From the human T2T-CHM13v2.0 reference genome, Homo sapiens: DNA of 64,000 bases. Where the stretch lies: the NCBI RefSeq assembly GCF_009914755.1, contig NC_060928.1. The stretch is one strand, 5' to 3'. Of the stretch, positions 12,019-24,990 are shown in pieces. The stretch's first letter is position 1. The number at the start of each line of letters is the position of its first letter. A program made the position numbers and the translations under genes. The notes under the pieces were generated by a model, which had not been told where the DNA came from, searched no databases, and saw nothing but the letters and a program-made list of their open reading frames with translations.

Positions 12019-12984
12019 TCGCATTTTTTTTTCCTTGTTGGAATGTTAATCTCTGTCTTGTAAATTCCTAAAGCAGTTTTCATGAAACCGAACTGTCTCA
12101 TTTGTACTGAATAATGTACATGCCTCTCCCTTTTAATAGACTAAAAAATCTTTCAGGGCAAGTCTCATATATTCTTCAGTTTTGTCGTCCCAAACACATT
12201 TGGCATAATGCTATTAGATAAGCTTCAACTTTTTTTTTTTCAGAATAATCAAATGTGTGAAAATCAAATTGGTTAACAAACACTACCTTCATTTGAAAGA
12301 AAAGATGCCTTAAAAGATTATTACCCAAAATATTATAAAATCTGGAAGAACTGGTTTGACTACTATTGGACTTAATAACCAGATCTCTTCCTTCTATAAA
12401 CACAATAAATAAAAGTGTTATGCATACACCTCCTTTACTCTAGTTTGTCTGGCCACTATGCCTTTTGATCAAGGCTCTGCTTTTTATTTACCAAACATGT
12501 CATAATTTGCAAGTGGAATCAGATGTAGAATGGCATTCTCTAGGCTCTTTTCACCCTAGATGAGACAAACATTTAATGACTATTGTATTTTTTACAAGTA
12601 ATTTTACTTCTATTTATATTTGAATTGGAGGCTTATTTGTTAATTAGCCCAGAGTTATTTAGAAAAGTCATTTAATATGTAATCGGTTATATGTAAGAAT
12701 GATGTTCTAGTAATGAACTTCATTAACTAACATCTTAAATAGCTAAAATTTCCCAGAATTCAAAGAGTAACTTTAATAGATAAAACTGTGACTAAAACTT
12801 TACATAAGACACCATAAAAAGTATTCCTTAGAGAGCTATCTACATGAGGCTACAGTGATAAATGTCCTAAAACTATTTTTATTGGTTCCTCTTACATGTT
12901 TGTAAAGTTTATTTTGCTAAAGACAATATTAATTATACATAAAACTGTATAATAATAATCTGGACTATAAAAGTTGCTGATGAA

Positions 12985-13170
12985 GTTATTTCTATACGCT
13001 AGATACCGTAAAAATATTTTACAGGTATAATTCAAATGTTCACAACAACCTTCACTGTACTGATGAGTAAAGTGAAATACCTAAACATTATGTAACTTGT
13101 TCAAGATCACCCTGCTAGTAAGTAGCAGAGCCTGATTTTCACCCAGTATTGCTAGCTTCTGGGCTTGTGT
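12985..13170 (-). mobile_element. MIR
   Basis: aacttgttcaagatcaccctgctagtaagtagcagagcc is the reverse MIR core. Confidence 0.75.
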
Positions 13171-13239
13171 ATTTATTAGGGCATAATTTATAATACTGCC
13201 TCTGTTTATGGCAATTACTTGTGAACTAATTTGGAGTTT

Positions 13240-13335
13240 TAATAGTTAATTTTGCTAACTATGCTAATTTGCTAATTTTGCTAATAGTTAATTTTGCTAA
13301 TTTTGTTAATTATGCATAATATGCATTTATGCGTA
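13240..13335. repeat. Degenerate TAATTTTGC minisatellite-like tract
   Basis: 19-mer taatagttaattttgctaa at 13240-13258 and 13282-13300 with shorter gctaattt units between. Confidence 0.8.
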
Positions 13336-13949
13336 GTTTATTTAAAAAGTGGGCATATCTTAGCACATCTCATAATGGCTACAGTGCATGCTACCCACTC
13401 TGTGTAGATCTCGTCCTTCTTTTTACAGTTGGCCCTTTTGTATGTTTTAGGCTCCAACTTAGATATTACCTCCTTCCCTTATTGATTTTGCACTTCACTC
13501 TAATTTCTCTGCGAATTTATCTAATTTCATCTTTGCTTATGTGCTTTGTATGTGCCTGTTAGTTCTTTCTCAAATTAGAGAATAAATGTCAGAATGGTGG
13601 AAGGCATTTCCATTGCATTCATTCAGGCATATCCATTACCTTTCATAGGTACTAGCACTAAGAAATGTGTTGCATAAAGAATTTTCAATGAGTTGTAATC
13701 ATTTTATACTAAAATATAGAAGCTTGGTAGTTGAAATGGGTAAAAGACTAATAAGAGATGAATTGGAGAGAAAGCCAAAAAGCCAAATGTATTTCACAGA
13801 GAGTCTTTTATGCTCTAAGTAATTTCATCAACACCTTTTAGTGTCTTCCAAAGCATTTTTCTTACACATTTCAATCAAAAAAACTTTTTGAGTATACCTT
13901 CCAAATTAAACATACTCATCTTTTTAAAATATAATTTCCCTTCCATGGC

Positions 13950-14360
13950 TGCTTCCCTTGTATAAGCTACTCTGAATCCACTTCAATTACTTTCTACTCA
14001 TCATTCCTTGAAACAGTGGATATGCTCACACCTTGGTACTATGCATGGGCTGCTGCCTCTGTCTGGATTGCTATTCTCTCAATTATCCACATGGAGCACT
14101 CTCTCAACTCCTTCAGGTCTGTGCTTAAATGTCATCTCAGGACTACTCAGAACACACTATCTAAATCACAACCCAATCTCCCCAAATTCTCTATACCTTT
14201 TCCTATGCTCTACATATTTTCCATACCATTTTTGACCTTCCACTATATTTCAGTGCATTACATTCATGTTAAGCAAGTATTTACTCTTCTCCTTCTACGT
14301 TAAAGAGGGTTTATACCACCCTGAACACAATATTTGACTCAGCTAATGGAATGTGAAAGA
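13950..14360 (+). mobile_element. L2a 3' region
   Basis: gctgctgcctctgtctggattgc...ctccttcaggtctgtgcttaaatgtcatctc. Confidence 0.7.
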
Positions 14361-14429
14361 ATTAAAGCAGAGACTAAAAAGGAGCCTCTGAATTTTGGTT
14401 TGCCTCTGAGGTTCCTGGGATGCATAACT

Positions 14430-14700
14430 GTATTTTGAAGAGTATCTAAACTCTCAACAGAAATTAAAATTTTCATTTATTATTAACATCTAAAGATGTC
14501 AAAATAATTCTAAATCTTATTGTGAAGACTAACACATAAAAACAACTGGAAAATTCAGAATAGCTGAATAATGGTTGTGATAACCTATTTTAATAAACAT
14601 TAAACATATTATTATAAAGATACTATATATGAAACACTGGCACTGGCATATGAATGGGCAAAAAACATAGCCAGGGAAACAGACCTTAGAAAATGTTTGT
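14430..14700 (+). mobile_element. Ancient L1M ORF2 fragment
   Basis: attaaacatattattataaagatac...ggcactggcatatgaatgg resembles the L1 ORF2 C-terminal region. Confidence 0.5.
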
Positions 14701-15266
14701 GGATTTCTCTATCCTTTCCCTTGACTGTGCCATGAACTCATTGTTGGCAGCAAGAAAGAGTGAGGAAAAAAAAAAAAAAGCAAGTCTCTGACAGGTGCTA
14801 AAAGCCCAATACAAACTGAAAGACTCAAAATCAGAATGAGTTTCCAATGTCTACTTACCCACTTTCCTTTTAGCTTGATTCATGGACATTAGGTTTATTG
14901 TCACTGTTTGTAAAAATATTACTGAGAGAAACTGCAGATTAGAGCCCTACTTAATTTTTTTCAAGTTCTGTGAATCTTGTTTTCTTTAACCATATACGAC
15001 CTTTCACCTCAATCCTTTCTCCAACATAGAGATTGTAAGTTCATGTGTCTTGTTAGTGCATCTTTTGAATATAGGTGATAACGCTCATTTAAAAGTCGAT
15101 ATCAAGCAGCGGAAGCCCTATAACCAGATAAAGGACGTGTTCTATTTACGCAGTTGGTACCCTGAGAATTCCTCTGCCTTATTCTTTTTCTTCATCTTCG
15201 TGATCATCAGCTCCCTTCACAGTTATCTCTTTCCTATTATTTCGATGTCTGATGTAAATAACTCAC

Positions 15267-15755
15267 TGTATTAGTTTTCTGTTGCTGCCTTAACAAATTA
15301 CCACAAATTTTTAGCAGCTTAAGCATCACAAAGTTATCTTGCAGTTAGTAGGTCAGAAGTACCACATGGATTTTGAGGTGTCTACAGGGCTGTGTTCTTT
15401 TCTGATTGTTCTATGGGAGAATCTATTTCCTTGCCTTTTCTAGGTACTGGGGCTATCCACATTCCTGAGTTTGTGATCTCCTTCTCCTGTCTTCAAAGCC
15501 AGCAAAATTGCATTTCCTGGACCCTTCTTTCATTGTCACATCTAACTCTAACCTCAGCCAGGTTCTTACTTTTACAAACTCATTTATATGAATGGACCGG
15601 TTGTACCCATTCTAATAATCTCCATTTCAAAATCCATATTTCTATTGACATCTGCAAAGATCCTTTGACTCTTTTGCCCTGTGAGGTAATATATACCTAG
15701 TTTCTGGAGATTTGTGCTTGAACATCTTTAGGGGTTTATTATTCTGGCCTCCACA
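15267..15755 (-). mobile_element. MaLR LTR MLT1D/C-like
   Basis: tgtattagttttctgttgctgccttaacaaattaccacaaa...attattctggcctccaca. Confidence 0.85.
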
Positions 15756-16499
15756 TTTACCATATCTTCTCTCCAGTATAGAAATTTACTATGTGAGATC
15801 TGAAGCAATGTAAAATACAGATGCAGATTTCCACATGTACATAAAATACTTTGATCTAATTCAACCTGTGTATTTATTAATAATCTCATAAATGTCTATA
15901 TTTTAGTATGCCAAATTTTATTCTGATCAATATACACTCAGTATAACTTAATAAAACACTAATATTTTACAATAAAGGCAGAGATTGCGCAACTGATGTT
16001 ATAAAAATGGATTATTTGGAAACACACACATTTATATCCTCATTTTAGGACTCATTAGAATGAATGAAGATGTAAATTGAAATAAAATGATCAAAGGGAA
16101 GGCTGGCTGCATCTGGCTCTCTGCTTTGGAAGCTCAGGGATTCCCTTCTTACCATTTTCAAGGATAATCAGTCCCTCAGGGACTATCTTATGTTAACTAA
16201 ACAGTGGAGACAGAAGGAAAAAACAGATTGCAATTTTATTAATTACAGTGAGAATAAAGTTGTCACAAGACCTGAAATTCAGAACTTATGTCAGATCAAG
16301 TAGCAGATCTTCATACTATAGTTCTGCTACATGGAAATCATATTACTATCAGTAGCTACTTTGTTGAGATAACTTAAGAAATAATTTTCTCAGTGGCATA
16401 ATATTCATAGACTGCATAAGCAACCTTTTTCATTTTACTGTAAGAGATCCACCTGGGATTCCCAATACCAAAATAGGTGAGTTTAAAATGAGAAAAAGA

Positions 16500-16715
16500 A
16501 GCTTGAAAATAATTAGGAGCATTGGCCCCAAAGTGTCATATATCCCTTCAGCTCACATTTCATTCGGTGAAAAATATTCAAATGGTCATACTTAGATGTA
16601 AGGAGATGGGAGTGAGACAATTAGACCTTAGATAGGCAGCTACTTCCAGTGACATGTGTATACCTTGGAAAGGGGAACATTGATTTTGGTACTGAATTAG
16701 CACCTCAACTATATG
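16500..16715 (-). mobile_element. Old MaLR LTR fragment (MLT1I-like)
   Basis: gctcacatttcattcgg...ggcagctacttccagtgac...ggaaaggggaacattgattttgg. Confidence 0.55.
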
Positions 16716-16949
16716 GATATGTAAGTAAAGAGGGAAATAGATAAATGATTTTTTAAAATGTAAAGCAAATATTATATATTATATATTATATTTTTAATGA
16801 AAATATATTTATTTGCGTCAAAGTAAAACAAGCAAAAGTAACTGAAGTGAAATTAAAGGATATGCTAAATTCAAGGTAAATATTTTTAATCTACAGTAAA
16901 CATTACATTAAAAATAAATCTTTAAATTTATTTATAAAAGATTATGGAA

Positions 16950-17311
<362 letters not shown>

Positions 17312-19349
17312 TTAATTTAAAACTATATTGATTGACTCACCTATAGAAAATAATATTAGTATAGTTACATATCCACCTACTTCCCTTTCCTCCACCTTCT
17401 GTATTTTTGCTAATGATATTATATTATTAATTTAGTTTGTTGTGGCTGTAGCCTTTAAATTATGGATTATAAACTCAATGTATACAGCAATTTCATTTTG
17501 ATTCCACACTTAAATGTAATGTTTTTATTCCTTCTTTAACAGGATTCTTCATTTCTGAGTGCTTTATTTGACCAAGTTCTTGGTGTTTGGATTTCATTGC
17601 TCAGTAACTTTCTTCCAGAAAGACTTAAAAAAAACAGTGCTGTTTGATTTCTTGCATCTTTGAGGTTGCCTTCATATAGAAGTTCAAGATGTCAAAATAT
17701 ATTCTCTCTGTTACTATGGGAGATTGTATTAGCAATTGTTTGTTGCCCTTGTCTCTAAGAAAAGAGTATTTCCAAGCCCCAGTGACATACTTGACCATGT
17801 TACTCACCAATGTAATTGACTGGAAAGATCTTGGCACACATCTGAGCATTAATTTTAAGAGCTCTCTCTTGTTTCTGTCACCGTTCTTTTACAGCTACCA
17901 TGATTCTAATATATTCTAAATTAGGACTACTTCTTGAGCTTGGATTCTGGACAAAGAGGACATAAGTCAGAGTCTAAGCCACGTTGAGGAGAACATTTAA
18001 AGTGCTTGAGAAATAAGTCTTTGTTTTTGAAGTGCTTATTAAGATTTATGAGAAATGCAAATGGAAATAGGGAGTACATGAGATTCACATTCCATTGAAT
18101 GTATTTGAAGGTAGCTCCTCTACCCTCTTTTATACTGATTTTCCTTTCATCTGGGGAATGAGAGGCTCTTCATTTGGTGGACTCTTACTTTTTAAGTAAA
18201 TAGCTGCTTGTATCTGAGTCTGGTAATTAAACTAGAGTTCTTATGAAATTTTACTGCACCTAATAACATTGCTACTATATGTATAAGTTGTAATAGAAAG
18301 ATATACACAATGAAATTGATATTTGAAGTTATTCCTGAATACCCTGTCTGTAGATACTGCACAACATACACGCTTTATGTGCATTTATTTTCTTTTTCAG
18401 GTCTTAAATTCAAACTCACTATTCAACAGAAGCAATGTAGAAGGACAAATAGGTTACATGACATGAAAGGTATATTAAGAATGAGAAAAGTAAGTTATCC
18501 ATGAGATCTTTTATTGTGAGTCTTTGATGACAAAGTGTTTCCAAGTCTCGGTCTGAAGACCCATTCATGTGAAATATTCACTCACTGAAATATTTGTGTA
18601 GAGCACTAAATGCTCTCTCTTGTCTCTTTAGATCCCAAATGTGTATCACCAGATAACTGTCTTGAATTTTAAAAGATTATTTTTTTGTTTACCTGAATTC
18701 AAAAAATTTTTCAATTATTTCACCTTTTAAATGAAGTAGCATTAAATGTCTTTTTAGCCCCACTCCACCATTAGATAAACAAGTAAAAAAGTTGCAAGAC
18801 ATTAATGCTGAGGGCAAATTTGAGATATGCTATCGTGCTTTGAACAACATAAAAATATCGAGGAAACAAGGACACAAGGACACATCTGCCTTGCTTACCT
18901 CCATATGGAATAATCCTGACAACATCTGTTCTGCAGATGGGAGAGGACCGGGTGACTTGGTTTGTGTTTCTATTTCCAGCAATTTGTATCTTGTTAGATA
19001 ATAGACATAGATAAATATTGTGGTCTATGACTGGGCTCAATGAGTGAATATCGTGGGCCTGGTTATGCTGCTCTCAGCTGACAAGAGAACACTTAATAGA
19101 AAATTTAAAGGAGTAAAGGTGAATGAAAGCTAAGGGTAAGACACATGATGGCTTTCTGAGTCAAAACTTCTGGGTCAGTTCAGGTATTTAAACTGTCAAA
19201 TACAAACACCTGTAGATACTGGAAACAGGTCTGCTTTTGTAGGGAAGCTCATAAAGTTTGCACAGCATGGTAGATCCAACATGGAGTAGGAGCTTCATGT
19301 AAAGGAAGGTGTGTAAACTAATCACATGTGAGTTTGTCTCTAATCATAC

Positions 19350-20149
19350 TGAAAGGAGTTAGTTAGCTTGCCTTAGGTAGATAACAAGGGAAGGGTCTCA
19401 GATAGCTCCCCACCGCCACCCATGGGTCAGTGCCTCATCCCACCATAACATGAAAAGCAGCCTGGGAAAAAAATTCAAGCTGCAGGCACGCGTAAGGGAA
19501 CTAGCACAGGGTGTTGTGCCTGGAGACATGCCCATAGCTGCACAGATAGAAAAACCTCTGGGCCATTTGGAAAAAAACTTGCACAAACCTCCAGCTCACT
19601 CAGATAAGGGAACAAGACCTGGCATAGAAATGCCTTTGTCCTTTGGATAGTCAGTGTGCTCCCAGGAAAACTTTCTTCTTTTGTGGGCATGGGCACGGTG
19701 GGCTCTGGTGGATTCCGGTGGGGACTCTACTTTCCTTTATTTAGGACTATAAACCCAGCATCTATGAATCATCACCTCAGCCCCTGATTGGTCCCGGGCC
19801 AAGCTTTCTCTTCAGCTTCTGATACAACCTGAGCCAGGCTAATGATCTATGAATCATCATTTCAGCTCCTGATGGGTCCGGGGCCAAGGTCCAGCGCCAA
19901 GCTGAGTCACGAGTTTGCCAAGACAGCTCGCAGACTAAGCACATTCCTTCCCCTTACCAGCCCATAAAAACCCTGGACCCCAACCTCATAATGGGCATTC
20001 CAACTGGGGACCCACTCTCTGCGGGCAGAGAACTTTCTTCTTTTGCTTACTAAACTTTCGCTCTAACCTTACCTTTGTGTCCGTGCTCCTTAATAGTCTT
20101 GGAAGTAGGACAAGAACTCGGGCTTCATCTCAGACAATGAAAGACTGTT
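19350..20149 (+). mobile_element. ERV1 (MER4-group) LTR, LTR25-like
   Basis: tgaaaggagttagttagcttgccttaggtag start, repeated gataagggaac units, cccataaaaaccc TATA region and ERV1-type U5; 3' terminus degenerate, no TSD seen. Confidence 0.7.
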
Positions 20150-20351
20150 TGAAAACTTGTAATGTTCAGTCTTTTTTTTTTCTTTTTAGTCACCTGCCTT
20201 TTTGCCAGTCATACTAAGTTGTATAAAAGTTCTTTGTCATAACATAACCCATAAATATCCCTGGAGGTTTGCAGGGGCACATTGTCAATGCACAATATCT
20301 GAAAATAAAATAGATGTTTGATATGCCATTTTAATTTTTAACCTTCCAAAA

Positions 20352-20355
<4 letters not shown>

Positions 20356-20391
<36 letters not shown>

Positions 20392-20393
20392 AC
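20356..20393. repeat. (CA)n microsatellite
   Basis: About 15 uninterrupted AC units followed by tcacacac. Confidence 0.95.
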
Positions 20394-20854
20394 GTCAATA
20401 AGGAAATGCAAATGACTTGGCCACTAATCTACTTCTGCTAATTAGACTCTGCTTAATTGATCCTATACTTTCTATTAAGAAAACTAAGAAATATTTTCTA
20501 TTTTGAAACATCCACTAGATATTAGCGTATTTCTTCAGTTTTTATTTTATGCAGATTTTCTGGTTTGTTAAAATGTCACTGGTTTATTTTTCTCTGAGGG
20601 ATTTTGATCTGTGTCTTTGAAGGCCTTCTCTAATCTTCCACTTTTTGGATAGGTGATATTTGAATTAATGTTACTTTCCTGAACCCTGAGTCCATCATTG
20701 TAAAGGGTCTTTAATTCAACCCTTAAAATTGCAAAAAATAAAAAAATTCAAGTCTTGCAGGGAGCTTCTTCCTTTCTGTAGGCTCTCAAACTGTGTAGGA
20801 ATTAAATTTTAAAATATATATGTCTAGCAAAGATGGTAAAGAAACAATAGAATG

Positions 20855-21545
20855 ATCAGTATTTTCAGATGAGATGTTTATATTACTAGAATAGTCAAGA
20901 AAATTAGCCAGAGAATTGCCTGCTCAAAAATAAGATTCTAAAATAAATCCTCAAAACAAACTCTGCTCATACTAGTACCGGACAGCAAATAAATAAATAA
21001 ATAATAAATTTCAGAAAAAATGCTATTTGAAATAGTAATACAAAGCATTAAATACTTGCATATTTTTGACTTGAGACACAAAAGACTTAAGGAAAATTAT
21101 AAAACTCTGTTAAGAGAAATAAAAAATAATAACTACTTGAATAAATGGAGTGCTGCTCCCTACTTCAAAAATAAATTTCCAACATCCTCTGAGAGAAAGA
21201 GGAGGCGGCAAGGGAACTGGGAATTACAAGGGTCATGGGGATGTGCCCATGGGTTCAGAAGGGTCAGTTGAAGGTATAGAGCTGGTTCATGTGGTAGAGA
21301 TGAAAATATATATGACTTTGACTTATAAATTAATCCAGTATCTATTAAAGCTTATTGGAACATTTCCTAGATCCTGACAAGTACAGAGTAAAACTCATCT
21401 GGAGGAATAGGGAATAATAAATACTCTTTTAAAGAAATTGGGTAGTTCTATCCTACTAGATTGCGAATTCTAAAGCTGTAATTATTAAAATGTAAGGACT
21501 TGTATCACTGGGCTGGCATATGCTACAGAAACCATTCAAATTCCT
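20855..21545 (+). mobile_element. Ancient L1M(E) ORF2 fragments
   Basis: aaggaaaattataaaactctgttaagagaaataaaaa...aataaatggag (ENYKTLLREIK...LNKW), highly decayed. Confidence 0.6.
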
Positions 21546-22389
21546 AAAGAAATGTAATAAGTGACCTATGAGAAGCAATAAAAATGTACTATTCTTAAAT
21601 GACAACTTAAAATTATTTATTTAAAGTCCTGGTGACACAAATTTTTAAAATAAATAAAATATATCTGTCCAAATTTAAGCAGTTGTTACCAACAGTGTAT
21701 AAGATGTTACTATTAGCAGAGCTTTTTATACAGTCTAAGCAAACTTCTATTTTTTGCAAAGTTATGCTTATATGCGATAATAAAAATTGCCCTTTACTAA
21801 TAAATTCATTTTTCTTAATTAGTTTGTGCACTCTTTTGGAATAAGATCTGGAAATGTGAGAGGCACTAGGGAAATTTAATGTTTATACCTAAGAGAAACT
21901 AGAAAAGTGTAGGACGTTGAAATGTTTTTATAAAATTGTTTTTAATCTTACTTTAGGGAATATGAGTACACACTTGGGAAGCTCAGTAGACAGGTAAATA
22001 TGTCATACGATGGTGTGCTTTTGCATTCAGCATGATTTCTTGGGGGATTAAGACTATTTTGAAGCACATAAAGACATCATTATATCTAATCCTGGACAAT
22101 TTCTAAAAAAATGATCATTATTTGTGGTTCAGATGCTCACTCTAAGCAATAAAATTAAATTTTAAAACTCCTAGACTGTTGAAATAAATGAGTTTTTTTC
22201 TTTCTCTTTTTCTTGTTTGCTTTTTATTGTTTTATTCTCCATGGCCAAGTATCCTTCTGAAATCTCAGTTGATTCTCATTATCTTAAATTGAGAATAATT
22301 TTATCCTGTCTTTAATTTTCCACACATTATTCCTTCAGCATTAGATAAAGTCTACTGTAAAAACTATAGGTGGCAGGTGCATGAATCAA

Positions 22390-22620
22390 ATAGACAAGTA
22401 GGGTGACTATAGTTTACAGTTATCTGTTGCATATTTCTGAATATCTAGAAGAGAATGATTTCAATGTTTCTAACATTAAAAAGATAAATACTTAAGGTGA
22501 TGGATATCTCAATTACACTGCTTTGATCTTTACAAATTATATGAAAGTATATTAAATTATCACATGTATCCCCAAATATGTACATTTATCATGTATCAAT
22601 ATAAAAAATTAAATCAAAAA
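22390..22620 (+). mobile_element. L1MA 3' end
   Basis: agtagggtgactatagtt...aaggtgatggatatctcaattac...tatcacatgtatcccc followed by an A-rich tail. Confidence 0.8.
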
Positions 22621-24389
22621 AGTTATGACATCAAAGGAAATGAGGTGGTTTTGTATCTCCTGAAATCCAAAAGCAGTTTACAGCTTTATCTACTGTAGCA
22701 CCCTGAATTTGATCACTTAATTACAATGCAGTGTTCTTGTAACAGGTACATTAACCAAGAGAAAAAGGAGTTTGAGTAGTGTTTATCCAAAACTTTAGAG
22801 GGTAATTAAAATGAATGAGTCACCATAAATCATTCTAACCCTAAAGTCGCTCAGACTTGACATATTAACTGAGTGGCAGGAAAAACAGTCTGTCTCCAAA
22901 GAGACTTTTCCTCTTCTCTTTAGGTTTTCTGTCTACATTTTCATTCTCACTTTTACTTGTCAATTCAAATCAATTAGATATAAATTATAAATGGAACTGT
23001 TTTTGTGTTTTGCTCCCAAGAAAGGCTGAGTATGACTTAAAACATGGTGATTGCATTCTATGCTCTGTAATAAAATCAGTTTGAACACTAAATTGATGTG
23101 TATTTTCTAAATAAAGTTTTTAGAGGAAAATGTTTTCTTTTTCCTCTAATAAAATTTTCTTAATTTTTCAATAAGATTCTTCCAATTATTGTTCTTCAAT
23201 TTTATTTGTACAATGAGGAATGGAGTTGCACATATTCAGAAAAATCTATAAATAATAATTTAGCAATTTCTTTTGGAGGTATAGTTCTAATAATGAATTA
23301 GGAAACAAAATATTGATATATTATCTGATCCACACTCTTTAATAATGTAACTATTTTACACTTGAGATTTTTATTGACCTCTTTTTAGAAAGATAAAGTA
23401 TTTATTTTGTTTGTAATGAATACAGAAACTTAGAATGATATTCCAAATAATTAAACATTTCCTTCTTACAGTTGAACTTACTGTTCAGCTGTAAGTTTTT
23501 GTATCTGTGACTTCCATTAGATGATTTGCAATCATGCATTAGATGGTTTGCAATATTTAAATAAATATACAATATTTGGAATATTTTATGCTACTTTTTA
23601 AATTTTTCTACAAGGATTATTTAAACAATGATTGACAAATGATAGTAATGGATGTCATTCCACATTTTTTGGAGTAAATTGTCAAAGCAGACTTAGAGCA
23701 AGTACAACAAACCAGATACCAGCATTTTAGAGCTAAATGGTACATTACTGAACCAGCATCTTACTTTTCAACAGAGTAATACAATGGCCAGATAATTTAA
23801 TAATTTTATTCAAAATCACCAAACTTTATTATATCTCAGGTTTCTTACCTCTTACTATTTACCAAGGATGAAAACATTTAGCTGCTTGGCTTTAACACCC
23901 ATTTAGAAACTAGAAATAGCATCCATGTTCCTAATAATATGTTTTCTCTTCTCATGCCTTCTATACATTAAGCAAGTCAGTCATTTGTCAGGGATCCTCC
24001 AATTTATAAACAGCATTATAACCTGTAAGATGATACCAATGATGTGTAACACCTACCTCTCTAGGACCTGAAAAATAAAAAAAAACTTACTGATTGAAGA
24101 GACAAAAATAAAAGATGTTTAAATGGCATAGCCATAGTCTTCAAAATTTTCATGCTTATTTTTCCTACTTTGAAGAATGCCTTGACAAAGACTAAAAAAA
24201 CTAGAGTCCAGCAGAGTAAGATTATTTCATATAAAATATTCTAACCTCTGGTGAATTCCTGCGCTCCCGAATAGTATCTAATAAACTAAGATAGTTTGGC
24301 TAGAAACCCAGTGTTTAGTATAAGAGGATTTAACCTGACGTGATCTCTTTTTGATCTCAAAAAAAGTTTTACTGAATTATCTGTAAGAG

Positions 24390-24545
24390 GTAGTGAGTAC
24401 TTTCTAAGTGGTAGACATTTGTAAAAGAATTGTTCATGTATTAGCTCATTACATTTTCCTAACAAACTTATTGAGTAAGACTACTATTGTTTCCACTTTA
24501 CAGGTGAGAGAAAACTGAGACACAATTATCTAAGTTCACTTACCA
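24390..24545 (-). mobile_element. MIR
   Basis: tattgtttccactttacaggtgagagaaaactgagacac. Confidence 0.7.
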
Positions 24546-24825
24546 CACAGTAGTAACTGTCTTGGACACAGCTAAACTCTGTGTATTTGTTGAACAGATA
24601 AATTAATAATTTCTGACACTGATTTCGCCACCATTTACAATGCTCAACAACAGTTACAAGATCATATATGATATAAAAGCTTATTAATTGTTGTTGCTTG
24701 TGGAAAAACGTGTTTTTCTTTCTTAATAAAACACTAAAAAAAGGAAAAAAGAAAGGTTGTATCCAGTATACCCAGACTAGCTAATCCTTTTTAGAATATC
24801 CTAACTTTTGAAGAACGCATATGGA

Positions 24826-24990
24826 AATATATAGACAGAGAAATATAGATCTAGATATATAAATAGTTATTCCTATAGATAGATATACATATATGGTTAT
24901 ATGGCAATAGATTTTTATATATTTACATATATATAAAAAATATATAGATACAGATATGTTTCAATATATAGATACGGATATTCCAAATAG
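24826..24990. repeat. AT-rich low-complexity (TA/TAGA) tract
   Basis: Degenerate atatagat repeats. Confidence 0.7.

Noticed and set aside
18792-19001. 69-aa ORF in unique sequence
   Set aside because: Non-ATG start, no homology recognised, length expected by chance
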